A stretch of 32,502 nucleotides of DNA from Octopus sinensis (GCF_006345805.1 NW_021829594.1:1-32502), one strand, 5' to 3'. Positions 1-12,500 are shown, counted from the stretch's first letter. Notes: generated by a model not told the origin, from the sequence alone. A program made the numbers and translations.

Positions 1-268
1 AAGCCCAGTACTTATTCTATTCTCTTTTTGCCGAACCGCTAAGTGACGGGGACGTAAACACACCAGCATCGGTTGTCAAACACACACACACACATATATA
101 TATATATACATATATACGACAGGCTTCTTTCAGTTTCCGTCTACCAAATTCACTCACAAGGCATTGGTCGGCCCGGGGCTATAGCAGAAGACACTCGCCA
201 AGTGGAACTGAACCCGGAACCATGTGGTTGGTTAGCAAGCTACTTACCACACAGCCACTCCTGCGCCT
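1..268 (-). mobile_element. tRNA-derived SINE, family A (CORE-like), cut by the window edge, with small internal deletions
   Basis: The minus strand begins AGGCGCAGGAGTGGCTGTGTGGTAAG (A box) ... GGGTTCAGTTCC (B box). The body matches copies at 1109, 3600 and 31758, including the internal (CA)n(TA)n tract. Confidence 0.85.
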
Positions 269-1108
269 ATGAAAAGATGCTTGTCAGAAGTGGGATATAT
301 ATATTTCAATAACAGTTTGACTCGGCTCCGTGGAACTTCTAGTCTGTTTGAAGAGCCTACGAAACTTTAAGTTGCCAAGAAACGAATCAAATTCTTATTA
401 AATAATATATGTAATTCCTACCAAATGTGTTGAGTGCCATTTTCTTTCATTCATCCACTCCCACGTATGTGTGTGTGTGTATAATACACACATACAGTAA
501 GTAAGCGAGTGAGTGAAAATGAGAAAAAAACATTCCTTTTTAGTTATTTACACACATTTCCGTTGTCGATATTCGTATTCTATTATTTTGCAAAGCCGAA
601 GTAAGCAAACGGATCGAACAACCCAGAATCAACAAAGCTTGAATAAATTCAATCTAAATGAACAACAATCGCAAACAATTAATATCATACTTAGCAACAA
701 CCATCATGATTGCCATTGAGCTGGCTTGTTGGTCAAGTTCAATCTCCATAAGTCCCCAGTGTACAGAAGGAAATGATCTTTCAGCATTTTGTTCAGTTAA
801 AGAACACGTGGAGAGACCTGGCTCGACCTGAGAATTGAATGAAGTTCGCTAATTCATTTTATACTGTTCGGTACTCACAGCAAAAGACGTCATGGCAATT
901 TTATGTCACGTCAGCCTCGTTTTGTTTTCAATAGATACAAGGGTTCGTTTAAAAAAGTAAGTTCCAGGATATAAGTTTTACAGAAGGGATTGCATCAGGA
1001 TACTACATATTGAAAGAAAGAGTAAGTTCTCTGTCTCTCTTGTAAGAAAGTTTATCCATGAAGTGTTAAATAAAAACAGTAATCGAAAACTGTTGTCTCT
1101 TTTTTTTT

Positions 1109-1356
1109 ACTCTCTTTTATTTGTTTCAGTTATTTGACTGTGGTCATGCTGGAGCACCGCCTTTAGTCGAGCAAATCGACCCCAGGACTTATTCTTTGTA
1201 AGCCTAGTACTTTTTCTATCGGTCTCTTTTGCCGAACCGCTAAGTAACGGGACGTAAACACACCAGCATCGGTTGTCAAGCGATGTTGGGGAGACAAACA
1301 CCAGAGACGGCATACACACACACACACACACATACACACACACACACACATATATA

Positions 1357-1395
<39 letters not shown>

Positions 1396-1582
1396 TATAT
1401 ATATATATACATATAATATACGACTGGCTTCTTTCAGTTTCTATCTACCAAATCCACTCAGAAGGCTTTGGTCGACCCGAGGCTATAGTAGAAGACACTT
1501 GCCCAAGGTGCCACGCTGTGGGACTGAACCCGAAACCATGTGGCTGGTAAGCAAGCTACATACCACACAGCCACTCCTGCGC
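1109..1582 (-). mobile_element. Family A SINE, full length
   Basis: Head with A/B boxes, CORE-like GGCACCTTGGGCAAGTGTCTT, internal (CA)n(TA)n at about 1313-1418, and 3' end ATAACTGAAACAAATAAAAGAG on the minus strand. No long TSD seen. Confidence 0.9.
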
Positions 1583-1615
1583 TAATAAAATAAAGTCTAA
1601 TATTTGTTGCTTTCG

Positions 1616-1666
1616 AAGGCGGCGAGCTGGCCGTTAGAACGCCTGGCAAAATTCTTAGCAGCATTT
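1616..1666 (+). mobile_element. Family B SINE head fragment
   Basis: GAAGGCGGCGAGCTGGCCGTTAGAACGCCTGGCAAAATTCTTAGC matches the head of the copies at 14115 and 30710. Confidence 0.6.
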
Positions 1667-1972
1667 TGAGAGAGACAGAGAAAACAAATAGAAAATGATA
1701 ATAGAAAAAGGAAAGGAAAGGAAGAAGTAAAGTGGAGATCAGGAGATTACACATACGCATGCGCGATGGAATTCCTAGGGGTTTCTGTCAAGAAAATTTC
1801 ATTCACATGGTGTTGTTCAATTACAATATAAAACGGATTTATTGCAGAAAACGGTTTCCCAAAGTGACTTGCAAAACGAGTATAAGCAGAACTATGTAGT
1901 TGCAAATTGAATGTCTTAAACACTGATATTGCTCACAAAAGCATCATAATTTTCGGAGTAGTTACGAGTAGT

Positions 1973-2035
1973 TACCGTATTTGATGACCTAAAAGACGCA
2001 TGGGCATGATAGATGCACTCCAATTTCAACAGCGC
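1973..2035 (+). mobile_element. Possible Tc2/pogo-like DNA transposon terminus
   Basis: TA-CCGTATTTGATGACCTAAAAGACGCA resembles the TA-CCGTATTT...TAAGACGCAC ends of Tc2-type TcMar elements. The partner end was not found. Confidence 0.35.
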
Positions 2036-2220
2036 ATAATCAAGATGTGAGCGTCAAGGACAAAATTAGATTATGGGAGGCTCAACTTTGCATTTAGGAC
2101 TCGGGATGATTGTTTGAGGTATCTTTTTTCTATTTTCAAATAAATGTCCTCTTTAAAGTCACATTTTATATAGAAATTATACTTTTATTATTCCGCTCTA
2201 AAATATTTTGTTTGTTCCTT

Positions 2221-2445
2221 CTCGAACCACGCCTGGCTCATAGGGCCGGTTTCCTTGGCGTATAGGTTCCCCACCTGGAGGAAAGAGTGAGAGAAAGTGG
2301 TGGCGTAAGAGTCAACAGAAGTTCGCTATTACCTTCTGCCGGAGCCGCGAGAAGCTTAGGTGTTTTGTTCATAAAGACACACATTCGAACCCGCGATCCC
2401 TCGACCGCGAGTCCACTGCTCTTACGACTAGGCCATGTGCCTCCA
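2221..2445 (-). mobile_element. Family C-related SINE, internally deleted
   Basis: The minus strand starts TGGAGGCACATGGCCTAGTCGTAAGAGCAGTGGACTCGCGGTCGAGGGATCGCGGGTTCGAAT (A/B boxes). The 3' part (GAAACCGGCCCTATGAGCCAGGC) resembles the end of the copy at 15072. Confidence 0.7.
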
Positions 2446-2726
2446 CGATGTAAACTATACTAGAAATTATATTTTATTCTTATACAAATTACATATTATT
2501 CTTCTACTGGCTTCAGTCACTGATCGTGGCCATTCTGGGGCATCATGTTCAAGAGTTGATTATGTCAATCTCAGTATTTTTGTCAGATATTTATTTTATC
2601 GATCTCAGAAGGACGAAAGGCTTAGTTAATCTGGATGAGACATGAACCCGAAGAACTTATACTCCACCGATTCTTTCACTCCTAAATGTTTAGTTTATTT
2701 TAATAGGCCTAACTCTAGCCGTTCTT

Positions 2727-2925
2727 TACTTTTACTTGTTTCAGTCATTGAACTGCGGCCATACTGGGGCACCAATTCGTGAGATTCGATTGAAACAAAT
2801 TAACACTTGTACTTATTCTGTTTTTAAAGCCTGGTAATTATTTTATCGTTCACTTATACCGAACCGCTATGCCAAATCCGGTTCTAAAGCAGTGTGGGAA
2901 GCAAACACAGACACAAAGATGCACA

Positions 2926-2970
<45 letters not shown>

Positions 2971-3130
2971 GCACACACACACAGAGTTTCTGTCTTCTAT
3001 ATTTACTCACAAGGCATTAATCGATACGAAGCTATTGTAGAAGAAACTTGCCGAAGTTACCACATAGTGGAAACGAACTCGAAACTACATGGTTTCAAAA
3101 CGAACTTCATAACCACACAGCTTTGCGTGT
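2727..3130 (-). mobile_element. Family A SINE, diverged
   Basis: Tail TACTTTTACTTGTTTCAGTCATTGAACTGCGGCC, CCGAACCGCTA, internal (CA)n, and a degenerate head. Confidence 0.7.
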
Positions 3131-3599
3131 ACCATAGACACCAATTTCTCTCGAAAACCGACAATCGTTTAGTAAGAATATCAAATACAGCGTTTAAGTA
3201 ATTAATACACTGCATTCTAATTAACTGCATACATCTGATTGATAAGAGCCCCGAGGGAGAAAGAAACTTTTACTACCACTATTTTTCTCATTCTTTTTTT
3301 TTCTTCTTTTTAGAGTCTGATTGACATTTAAAAAGAGAAATATATACGACATTTGATGTCTGCAGTTTCCATCTTCACGTAGGTTGTCGTTGGTGTCTGA
3401 TGGGGGTAAATTATACCATTTTGCTATGGTTGTTGTGACTATATTATTATTGTTGTTGATGTTGCTATTTACGACAGAACAGACTTATGATTAAAGGCGT
3501 TCTAGTACTGACCAACCCGTTTTTGTTTTCTTTTCTCTTCTTTCCTTTTCTTTCCCATACATGGAGTGTATCAATATATCTAGGACTACTTTATTCAAA

Positions 3600-4055
3600 C
3601 TCTTTTACTCTTTCACTTGTTTCAGTCATTTGACTGTGGCCATGCTGGAGCCCCGCCTTTAGTCGAGCAAATCGGCTCCAGGACTTATTCTTTGTAAGCC
3701 TAGTACTTATTCTATCGGTCTCTTTTGCCGAACCGCTAAGTTACGGGGACGTAAGCACACCAGCATCGGTTGTCAAACGATGTTGGGGGGGACAAATACA
3801 GACACACAAACATATACACACACATACATACATACACATATATATATATATACATATATACGACGGGCTTCTTTCGGTTTCCGGCTACCAAATCTACTCA
3901 CAAGGCTTTGGTCGGCCTGAGGCTATAGTAGTAAAACACTTGCCCAAGGTGCCATGCAGTAGGACTGAACCCGGAACTATGTGGTTGGTAAGCAAGCTAC
4001 TTACCACATAGCCACTCATGCGCCTATACTTACCACACAGCCGCTCCTACGCCTA
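3600..4055 (-). mobile_element. Family A SINE, full length, plus an extra 29-bp copy of its head (4027-4055)
   Basis: High identity to 1109-1582. The head segment 3998-4026 is repeated at 4027-4055 with 4 differences. Confidence 0.9.
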
Positions 4056-4327
4056 ATGCTCTTTGTTTTAAAGACAGTAGATCATGTGATTGGAGAGAGA
4101 TTTCACTGCTATTTCTACCGAGCCTCCTGTAGGCTCCTTCATTTGGTTCGTAACGCAATCTAATGTGCTATGATCTTAGCAGCCATCTTGCATTTTAACT
4201 ATTCTCACTTTGGTGACTGTGCGGATCTTACTTGACTAAAACATTCACTGCAAGAACCTCAATAGACGTAAAGTTGTTTTTATTGGTTACTCAAAGGAGG
4301 AAAGGCAACATCCATATCCTTTATCGT

Positions 4328-4841
4328 TTACTTATTTCAGTCATTGGACGGCTGCCACGCTGGGGCACAGCAGTGGAGTGTTTAGACAAACAAATCGATG
4401 ACAATACTTAATTTTGAAACTTGGTACTTATTCTCTCTCTCTCTCTCCCTCTCTTTTTCTCCACCTTTCCCACATCTCTCTTTCTCTCACACACACATAC
4501 GCATGCACACATATATATATATATATCTTTGGCCAACCCGCTAGGTTAAGAGGACGTAACCATACCAACACCGGTTGTCAAGTAGTGGGGTAGGGGGCAA
4601 ACACAAAGACAGACATACACATACATACATCCCCCCACACACATATATAAATATACACACATATAAATGCATACACGATTGGTTTCTTTCACTTTCCTTC
4701 TGTCAAACTCACTCGCAAACTTTTGAACCGGTCCGGTATGACAGCGAAAGACACTTGCCCAAAGTGCCACGCAGTGGGGTTGAACCCAAAACCACGTAAC
4801 TGAGAAGCATGTTTTTGAAACACACGGCCACACCTGCGCCT
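4328..4841 (-). mobile_element. Family A SINE, diverged, with expanded (TC)n and (CA)/(TA) tracts
   Basis: Tail TTACTTATTTCAGTCATTGGAC, GACACTTGCCCAAAGTGCCACGCAGTGGGGTTGAACCC, and head ending CACCTGCGCCT. Confidence 0.75.
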
Positions 4842-4869
4842 ACACAGATTTTTACTAGACTGGTAAGAT

Positions 4870-5025
4870 ATTTTCTACTCTAAGCACAATGCCCGAAATT
4901 TTGGGGGAGGAGGAGGCCAGTCGATTAGATCGACCCCAGTACGCAACTCGTACTTAATTTATCGACCCCAAAAGGATGAAAGGCAAAGTCGACCTCGGCG
5001 GAATATGAACTCAGAACGTAAAACC
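4870..5025 (-). mobile_element. Family B SINE, 5'-truncated, with 13-bp TSD
   Basis: The reverse complement of GTCGACTTTGCCTTTCATCC...GTCGATAAATTAAGTAC is present. AGACTGGTAAGAT is repeated at 4857-4869 and 5026-5038. Confidence 0.85.
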
Positions 5026-5096
5026 AGACTGGTAAGATCGATGCAACTGAAGTTGCGAATTAGCAAAAGTAAGACTAAAACCTTATGATTTAATAC

Positions 5097-5245
5097 TCAC
5101 CGGTAAAATTTCCACTTATTTCTTGATTTTATTTTCCTAAAATTTTCGTTGCGTCTTGCAACCTTTTCATTATTGAAAAGGTTACAAGACGCAACGAAAA
5201 TTTTAGGAAAATAAAATAAGAAATAAGTGGAAATTTTAGCGGTGT
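5097..5245. mobile_element. Fold-back MITE (near-perfect palindrome)
   Basis: Arms 5097-5169 and 5174-5245 are reverse complements (2 mismatches, one 1-nt indel) around a 4-nt loop TTAT. Ends are CCGGTAAAATTT / AAATTTTAGCGG. Confidence 0.8.
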
Positions 5246-5770
5246 GTGTGTTACATTATAAGGCACAAAAAGAAAATGACTCCCCAGACGCAACAGAATA
5301 TGCTTCAACACACGAACTCACATAAAGAATCTTGCAAACCAAATCCAAAATCGAAATATAAAACTAAAACGTTATTCTTGTCGAATAGAAATTTAGTTAT
5401 TACAGAAGAGTTAAGTAAGTTATCTTTCAAATTCAGATTTCGTCGCTTCTGTTCTTTTCGTTTTTTGTTTCTTTTCATAATTAAATTCTTATTCTACTTC
5501 GAGTTTCACTTCCATATTGCACTCTAAAATTTTGATTCGTGTTTACGGCGCCTTCTTTTTATATAAATATCTCGGTTTTGTCAATTCGTTATTTCATGCT
5601 ATTATTTAAATTTTTTAAAAATCATAAAAGCTTTTCTAGAAAAATGGCAGTTCATTAAACTTAAACTGTTTTGTGGAATAAGGCATTTGATATACGGCTT
5701 TCCTTTCTGGCCTTTATTTTTCAAAGTTATCGTATCTTATGCACGTACACACATATGCTATACATATATG

Positions 5771-5773
5771 ATG

Positions 5774-5807
<34 letters not shown>

Positions 5808-5818
5808 ATATAGATATA

Positions 5819-5859
<41 letters not shown>

Positions 5860-5952
5860 TGTGTACATATATATATATAATGTATATATATATATTGATA
5901 AAAACGGTAAGACAGCAAATGAAAGAAAGAGACCTCGATATATGTAAATAGA

Positions 5953-6027
<75 letters not shown>

Positions 6028-6035
6028 CATATATA
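5771..6035. repeat. (TA)n microsatellite field containing a short unique island at 5896-5954
   Basis: Direct reading. Source of the YIYI ORFs in the track. Confidence 0.95.
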
Positions 6036-6079
6036 CAGGGGGAATTTACGAAAAAAACAAAAGACAAAGACAGGTGGTT

Positions 6080-6223
6080 GCTTTCAGTTTCCGTTAACAA
6101 AATCCACTCACAGAGTCATCTGGAAGCTATGATAGAAGACACTTGCCCAAGTTGCCAAGCAGTGGGACTGAACCCAGAACCATGTGCTTGGGAAGCAAAC
6201 TTCTTACCACACAACCACGCCTG
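6080..6223 (-). mobile_element. Family A SINE 5' portion (a further degenerate piece lies at about 6337-6450)
   Basis: CTTTCAGTTTCCG...GACACTTGCCCAAG...GGGACTGAACCC...CTTACCACAC matches family A. Confidence 0.7.
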
Positions 6224-6279
6224 ATACATATATACAAACGTACATACATACATACATACATACATACATACATACACAT

Positions 6280-6321
<42 letters not shown>

Positions 6322-6641
6322 CACGTAGTTTTGTTTTCGACTGTCCAAATTCACTCACAAGGCCACAAAGTAATGATTGGCCCTGGGTTACAGTAGAAGG
6401 AATTTCCCAGCGATTGAACCTGAAACCCCTCGCCTGCAAAGTGAGGTTAGCGTCACAGCTATGACTGCACTTATATCGAAAATAAAACTCCTGGCATGTT
6501 ATCCGCTGATTGGAAAATCTATTTTAGAACAATGATGGAGACAAAATAATTCTCATTGGACATTTCTTGTTATTTGGTTATTTTCTGTGATTATTTTATC
6601 GTATTTGACTTCGAAGTGTGCTAGAATTTCCCTCAGAAATA

Positions 6642-6642
<1 letters not shown>

Positions 6643-6674
<32 letters not shown>

Positions 6675-6808
6675 TGTGTGTGTGTGAGTGTGTGTGTATG
6701 TGTGTGTGTGTGTGTAGGTGTGCGTGCGTGAGCGAGTGTGTGTATATATGTGTACGTATTATATATATAATGTATATGTATACTTATATATGTGTGTATA
6801 TATATATG

Positions 6809-6849
<41 letters not shown>

Positions 6850-7007
6850 ATATATATATATATATGTATGTATATTTATATGTGTATATATATATATATG
6901 TATATATATATATAGACATACATATAAATACATATATGCACACACATTTATGTCTATATATATATTCATGTACACACACACACACACACACGCACACAGA
7001 CACACAC

Positions 7008-7045
<38 letters not shown>

Positions 7046-7210
7046 TACACGTATACATATATTCACATATACATATGTATACATAGATATATACATATAT
7101 GCATGCACACACATACGTATGATATATATGTGAGTGTATTATTGCATGCGCGCTAATGTGCATATATATGTGTGTGTGTGCATGTGTGAGTGTGCATATG
7201 TGTGTTTGTG
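6643..7210. repeat. Compound (TG)n/(TA)n/(CA)n microsatellite
   Basis: Direct reading. Confidence 0.95.
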
Positions 7211-7643
7211 AGTTGTCAGAAAGATACAGCAGCCAGAGCGAAAGAGAAAGGAAACTGTTACGAGACCAAAAATTGTTTGGTTTCGGTTAACTTAATTTTT
7301 ATGAATTTGAAGATCACGTGATGACAAGTAACGAAATAATTTTATTCTAAAAATATCGATGTAGAGATCTCTTCAAAACCATTTTGTCAACTGTTTTTAT
7401 CTCTACATACAACTAGAAGTAGGTGTATTCACACACAGCCACGCAGCATGCACGTGTATATATGTATTACATGTGTAGGAATGTATGTATGTATGTATGT
7501 ATGTGTATCTGCTCGTAGACATATCTGTATGTATACACATACTCACATATATATACACACACATAGACATATATATACACACACATAAACGTACATATAT
7601 ATATTTGTGTGTGTGTTTGTGTGTATAGAAATTTCAGGAAACA

Positions 7644-8023
7644 CTCATTGGACTGCGGCCATACTGGGCCGCAGCCGTGAATGTTTTTTGTCTAACCAAA
7701 CAATCCCAGTATTATTTTTGTTCACTCTTTTAAAGTCTGGTACTACTTACTTGATCGGTTGCTGTAGCCGAACCGCTAAGTTACATGGGCGTAAGTAAAA
7801 TAATACCAATTGTGAAGCAGTGTGGGAGAATGACAAATGCAAGCACTAAAAACATGCACACACACACACACACACACATATAAATATATACGACGGGCTT
7901 TGTCACAATTTCCCTCTGCCAAATTTACTTCCAAGGCTTTGGTCGGTGCAGTGCTGTGGGATTGAATCTGAAACCGTGTGGTTGCAAAGCGAACTTCTTA
8001 ACAACACAGCCATGCATGTGCCT
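7644..8023 (-). mobile_element. Family A SINE, diverged and internally deleted
   Basis: CATTGGACTGCGGCCATACTGG, CCGAACCGCTAAGTTAC, (CA)n(TA)n, CGACGGGCTT, and a degenerate head. Confidence 0.7.
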
Positions 8024-8914
8024 ATGGTAGATGTAATATATTCTTTAAAATCTGATATGTCCCAATGTTGCTTCTTTAGGGCTAGACATATATTTACAAT
8101 CAATCATACGAATATATATTCTTTGCGTTCGGACACTATTCTTATTGTCTATAAATTCTTTGATCATTTATAAGTCCAGTTGCACAATTAGAGGTATTAC
8201 GAATCTTTACATAACGACTGTGTGACAACGCTTCACGGGCGCAGAACATCGTCAGGAATTCAAAGTAGGTGTTGAGAGGATTTAAAAGAAATTTAAAATG
8301 GCTTCTAGTGGAGAGTAATTGGACATCCATTAGTCAGTCCAGTTCACGTGGATATTGCAACTGTCTTAACGTAATCAAGTGCTTTCATTGCAGCCTCCAC
8401 GAGGTAGAACAGGTGGGAAGTTGGTGTCAGTTAGTCGGCATTATGAAAGATACGACATTTCAACGACGTCTGTTTTTCATTGTGTGCTCTACGTGACAGG
8501 GAAGACAAGATTTTGGAGTCAGTTAATTTGGCTTTGTAAAATGTGACATTTCCTATATGGGTAGGTAGACGGTTTGACAGCCTCAGGTTATATATATATA
8601 TATATATATATGCTAGAGTGACAAATATGGATTCCAGGGATAATAGACCGTAATTGTCTGCAGGCAGCAGAGATTATGAGCCCTGAACTTGTCGCTGGGC
8701 TAGCTAGACGTAAGGTAGTACATCGGTGTTACCAGGTAGCAACTGCTTGAAGTTCGTTTGGAGTACGTGTCTCTGCTGAAGCAAGAATCAAGTTTATTAT
8801 TGATGGATATTGTAGGCTGTTGACGTATGTGCAGCTTCTCTCGCAAGTAGAGTTGGTAATCACACATGCACACACCCAAACACACATACAAACAAACACG
8901 CACGCACACACATA

Positions 8915-8955
<41 letters not shown>

Positions 8956-9639
8956 GAAGTGAACAAATTAAGGGAAGTAGCACGCAAGTCATGTGTCAGG
9001 AATCACATAATTTTCATTACTACTTAACTCGGCCACACATAGCTTAAATTTTGGTGGGCACGTTTCTCATGTCCAACTGAACCACGTACTAGGAGCACCC
9101 TGGAGTTTAATGAGTTAGATCTGTCCGGCGCGCACACGAAACATTAAGTCCTGTGGAACTGAGTCAGACTGTTAATCTATTATCTATCTGTGTGTGTGTG
9201 TGTGTGGTGTGTGTGTGTGTGTAAATATTGGACGATATGCCTTGCTTAATTTGTTTCTGCCAGCTCGCCGCTGCCCTAAGTCCGGAAATATATTCTAATC
9301 TAGAAATAATCCTTTGCACTTAAGCGGTGTGTAGTAGTAGTAGACACCATCCGTCGCCCGGTTTAGCATGATCTCGTGATTCATGGGTGCTTTTAGCAGT
9401 AACCACTCTGTTGCAAACGTTGAGCCAGTCTCCAACGTGACGATAACTTACCCCCACCCCACCCCATCCATTAATCTCAGAAACTGATAAAAACAAAACG
9501 TGTCGCTTCTCATCCCCGCCACCTATCTAAGTGATTAACTGGGGGTCGATTCTGCAGCATTTTAGTTGTCACATCTGCAAGCTTATTTCTGGTGGTTGTG
9601 TCCTTTAAAAAACGAAAGATTTTGCAGCAAATCTGGAAA

Positions 9640-9822
9640 TATATTCGTTTCAAATTTTGGCACAAGGCCAGCAATTTTGGTGAAAGTCGATGACAGGGAA
9701 CCCAGTGTTCCACTGATAGTTATTTTATGGACCCCCGAAAGGATGACAGGTAAAGTCGACCTCGGCGGAATTTGAACTAAGAGCGTACAGACGGACGAAA
9801 TGCTGCTCCCAGCTCACCGCTT
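9640..9822 (-). mobile_element. Family B SINE (tail variant B3)
   Basis: CCCCCGAAAGGATGACAGGTAAAGTCGACCTCGGCGGAATTTGAACT and head CCAGCTCACCGCT. The tail is the reverse complement of GCTGGCCTTGTGCCAAAATTTGAAAC. Confidence 0.75.
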
Positions 9823-9834
9823 TAAGTCTGGAAA

Positions 9835-10135
9835 TCTTTATATATAAAAGTGAAGTTGTGTGTCTGTCTCCTACGATTTAGATTCCTAACTACTCCCACA
9901 TTTTGCGGTGCAGTGTAACCAAAACCGGGTATCTTATAGTCGTGATTCATATCGAGCCCTTCTGGGTATTAGCGCGCGTCTACGATGAGTCTACGATTTA
10001 AAAAAAAAATTTACCATCATTTTTTTCTCATTTTAATGCTTTTTTTTTGCTATTATATAAGGGAAGTAACTCTCTAAAAATGCTTATATAGTTATTTCCC
10101 TTACAAACCCGAGCAACGCCGGGCGATACTGCTAG
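9835..10135 (+). mobile_element. Non-autonomous Helitron, 301 bp
   Basis: 5' TC, 3' CTAG, GC hairpin CCCGAGCAACGCCGGG (10108-10123) 12 nt before the end, inserted between A and T with no TSD. A paralogous empty site lies at 9288/9289. Confidence 0.85.
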
Positions 10136-11749
10136 TATATTCTAATCTAGAAACAGTCGGTAAATATGCTCTGTGGTGTGTTGTGTGGATGCAGCGATTG
10201 TTTGTTAAAGATCATCGGTCAGATGTCATTTTGAAATGAATCGGTTTATTAGAAGAGAATGATGAATGTAAAATTAATTTTCATCAGATATTTTGAATCA
10301 GATAAAGCGAAGGAGAATATAATTTAATAATAGCATATGCAGACAGATTACGATATCCAATTAACAAGTGATTCTAGCCTTGTATAATGAACATCTAAAA
10401 TACTCAGAAAACACAATTAAAGATAATTGAGTTGCTATATCGAAAGAAAGAATAAAACACGACAACAATATCAATCGTAGTTTCATCGTGTGATTTCACG
10501 TATAAACCAAATAAAAGAACAAAAACAAAGAAAGAGAAAAGGTATTTCTCTGAAAACGAAAGGAACAACAGATTGAACGAATAAGGTGTTTTTTTTTTAA
10601 TTGCAAATGCAAACATTTCGACATTAAAAACAAGTATTATACGTATTACAATAGATTTTTCAGAGATAGACAAAAGCATTTCAGAACTGTAATACAATAA
10701 ACAAAATAAATATCAGAGAGCTGGAGTGATATCAGATTATGAATTTAAAAATCATGTATGTTGTAGAATAGAGAATAAGGAAACTATAATATCGGGATAG
10801 ATTCATGATAGCAATTTATAACACGCATATTCGTAATTTTGTATCTGATAACATCAAAGTTTTTGGCCGTACATTTACGTTCAAATCGCTGATAATCAAA
10901 TCCATTGTACTTGGATCATTGGCAGATCTACGATCAAAAGTTACGATATTTTTCAGGATTACAAAGACGGTCATCGGGAAAGTTTTTAGCATTAAAAAAT
11001 CAGAAAGTATGATTATTTTGTGGATATCGATTTTTTAATTGATAAACCACCTTCGCATTTTTATTAAAAATTCACCGACCACGAGTAGCTCTGGATTTTC
11101 ATTAGAGGGCGCTCCTTTAGAAATGCACCTCTCTAGGAAAATGAAAGGCAATTTTTAAAAAACGTTATGAAAACGGAAAATATATACAAAATAAATGATG
11201 TATGCAAAAAAAATTAGAAAGATTCAATCATTTTAAAATATTTTATATAAGGTACATCTAAGAGAACCAGTATCTGAGCAATCTGGTGGATTCGATCTCG
11301 TCACCGTGCTGTATGTGTTTATGTGTTTTAAATTACTACCATGATTCTTCTACGATACAGTAGTTTCAGTTCCAATGCACGTTCTCAGATCAAGTCATTT
11401 ACCAAACTAATTAAACTCCAGAACTGCATATTGATTTAATTAATAGAAAAAGCCAACCGAATGAGGAGATAGTAGACTTATAGAGGAGAATATTTTTATA
11501 AATACGAACGGATTTGTTTCATGGTAGTTCAGCATTAAGAATTAAAAGCATTAAGATTAAATATTTTCTGAAAATTCATTAAAATGGGTTTAAAGCTATC
11601 TTATTGTAGTGGTGAAATTGTTAAGCAAACGGATCTTCGTCAGTTTCGACGATGAATATTTAGTTGCCTGAGCAGCTGAATTGTTTATTTATTTAATTTG
11701 TGTGTGAATGGTAGAACATCTTCATAGACATGAGTTGGTTAACATTAAT

Positions 11750-12020
11750 TCCTTGACGAAATAAGCGTGGCACCACGTGTGTGATAAACTTGGAGTCTTT
11801 TTGATTTCAGGTACAATTTATCCGACGGACTTGAACACCGTTCTGTCGAGCCACCTTCACTCATAAGACTCGGGTTAATCGAAGTCCAAGGCAACAAAAC
11901 CCCCTTGCAAACCAAAAAAAAAAAAAAGAGAGAGAGAGAGAGAAGATGCCACTGTATGGGATCGAACTCGGAGGATTGTGACAAGATAACGAACTTCGTA
12001 AACATACAGCCATTGCTGCG
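11750..12020 (-). mobile_element. Old tRNA-headed SINE-like element (family G) with A/(AG)n tract
   Basis: Minus-strand head GCAGCAATGGCTGTATG...CCGAGTTCGATCCC resembles family A boxes. The body differs and its boundary is uncertain. Confidence 0.45.
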
Positions 12021-12072
12021 TTCACGAACATTTGTCAGCAAGACTAGAAGTTTTGGTTGTTATTTCTCTGCT

Positions 12073-12500
12073 ACGGTGGCGAGCTGGCCGATTCGTTAGC
12101 ACGCCGGACAAAATGCTTAGTGGCATTTCGTCCGTCTTTTCGTTCCAAGTTCAAATGCCACCGAGGTCGACTTCGCCTTCCATCCTTTCGGGATCGATAA
12201 ACTAAGTACCAGTCAAGCACTGAGGATCATTGTAATCGACCAAATGCTTCCTGAAATATTTCAGACCTTGATTTCCACCCCCTCATTTGCAATGAATTGG
12301 CAGAATCGTTAGCACGCGGGACAAAATGATTAGCGGAATTTCTTCTGGGTCTTTGCGTTCTAAGTTCAAATCCCGCCTAGGTCGACATTGTGTGTTATCC
12401 TTTCGGGGTCGATCAAATAGGTTGAACACTTGGGTTGATGCAATCGAGTTGTCCCTCCCCACTAAAGTTGCAGACTTTGTGCCATAGTTTGAAACCAATA
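12073..12500 (+). mobile_element. Two tandem family B SINEs (about 12073-12270 and 12296-12500)
   Basis: Each has GCTGGC(A/C)GA.TCGTTAGCACGC, AGTTCAAAT.CC, GGTCGAC and ATCCTTTCGGG.TCGAT. Confidence 0.75.

Noticed and set aside
8170-8560. Degenerate mariner N-terminus on the minus strand (SHSRYVKIRN)
   Set aside because: Only one weak motif, and no TIR could be identified.
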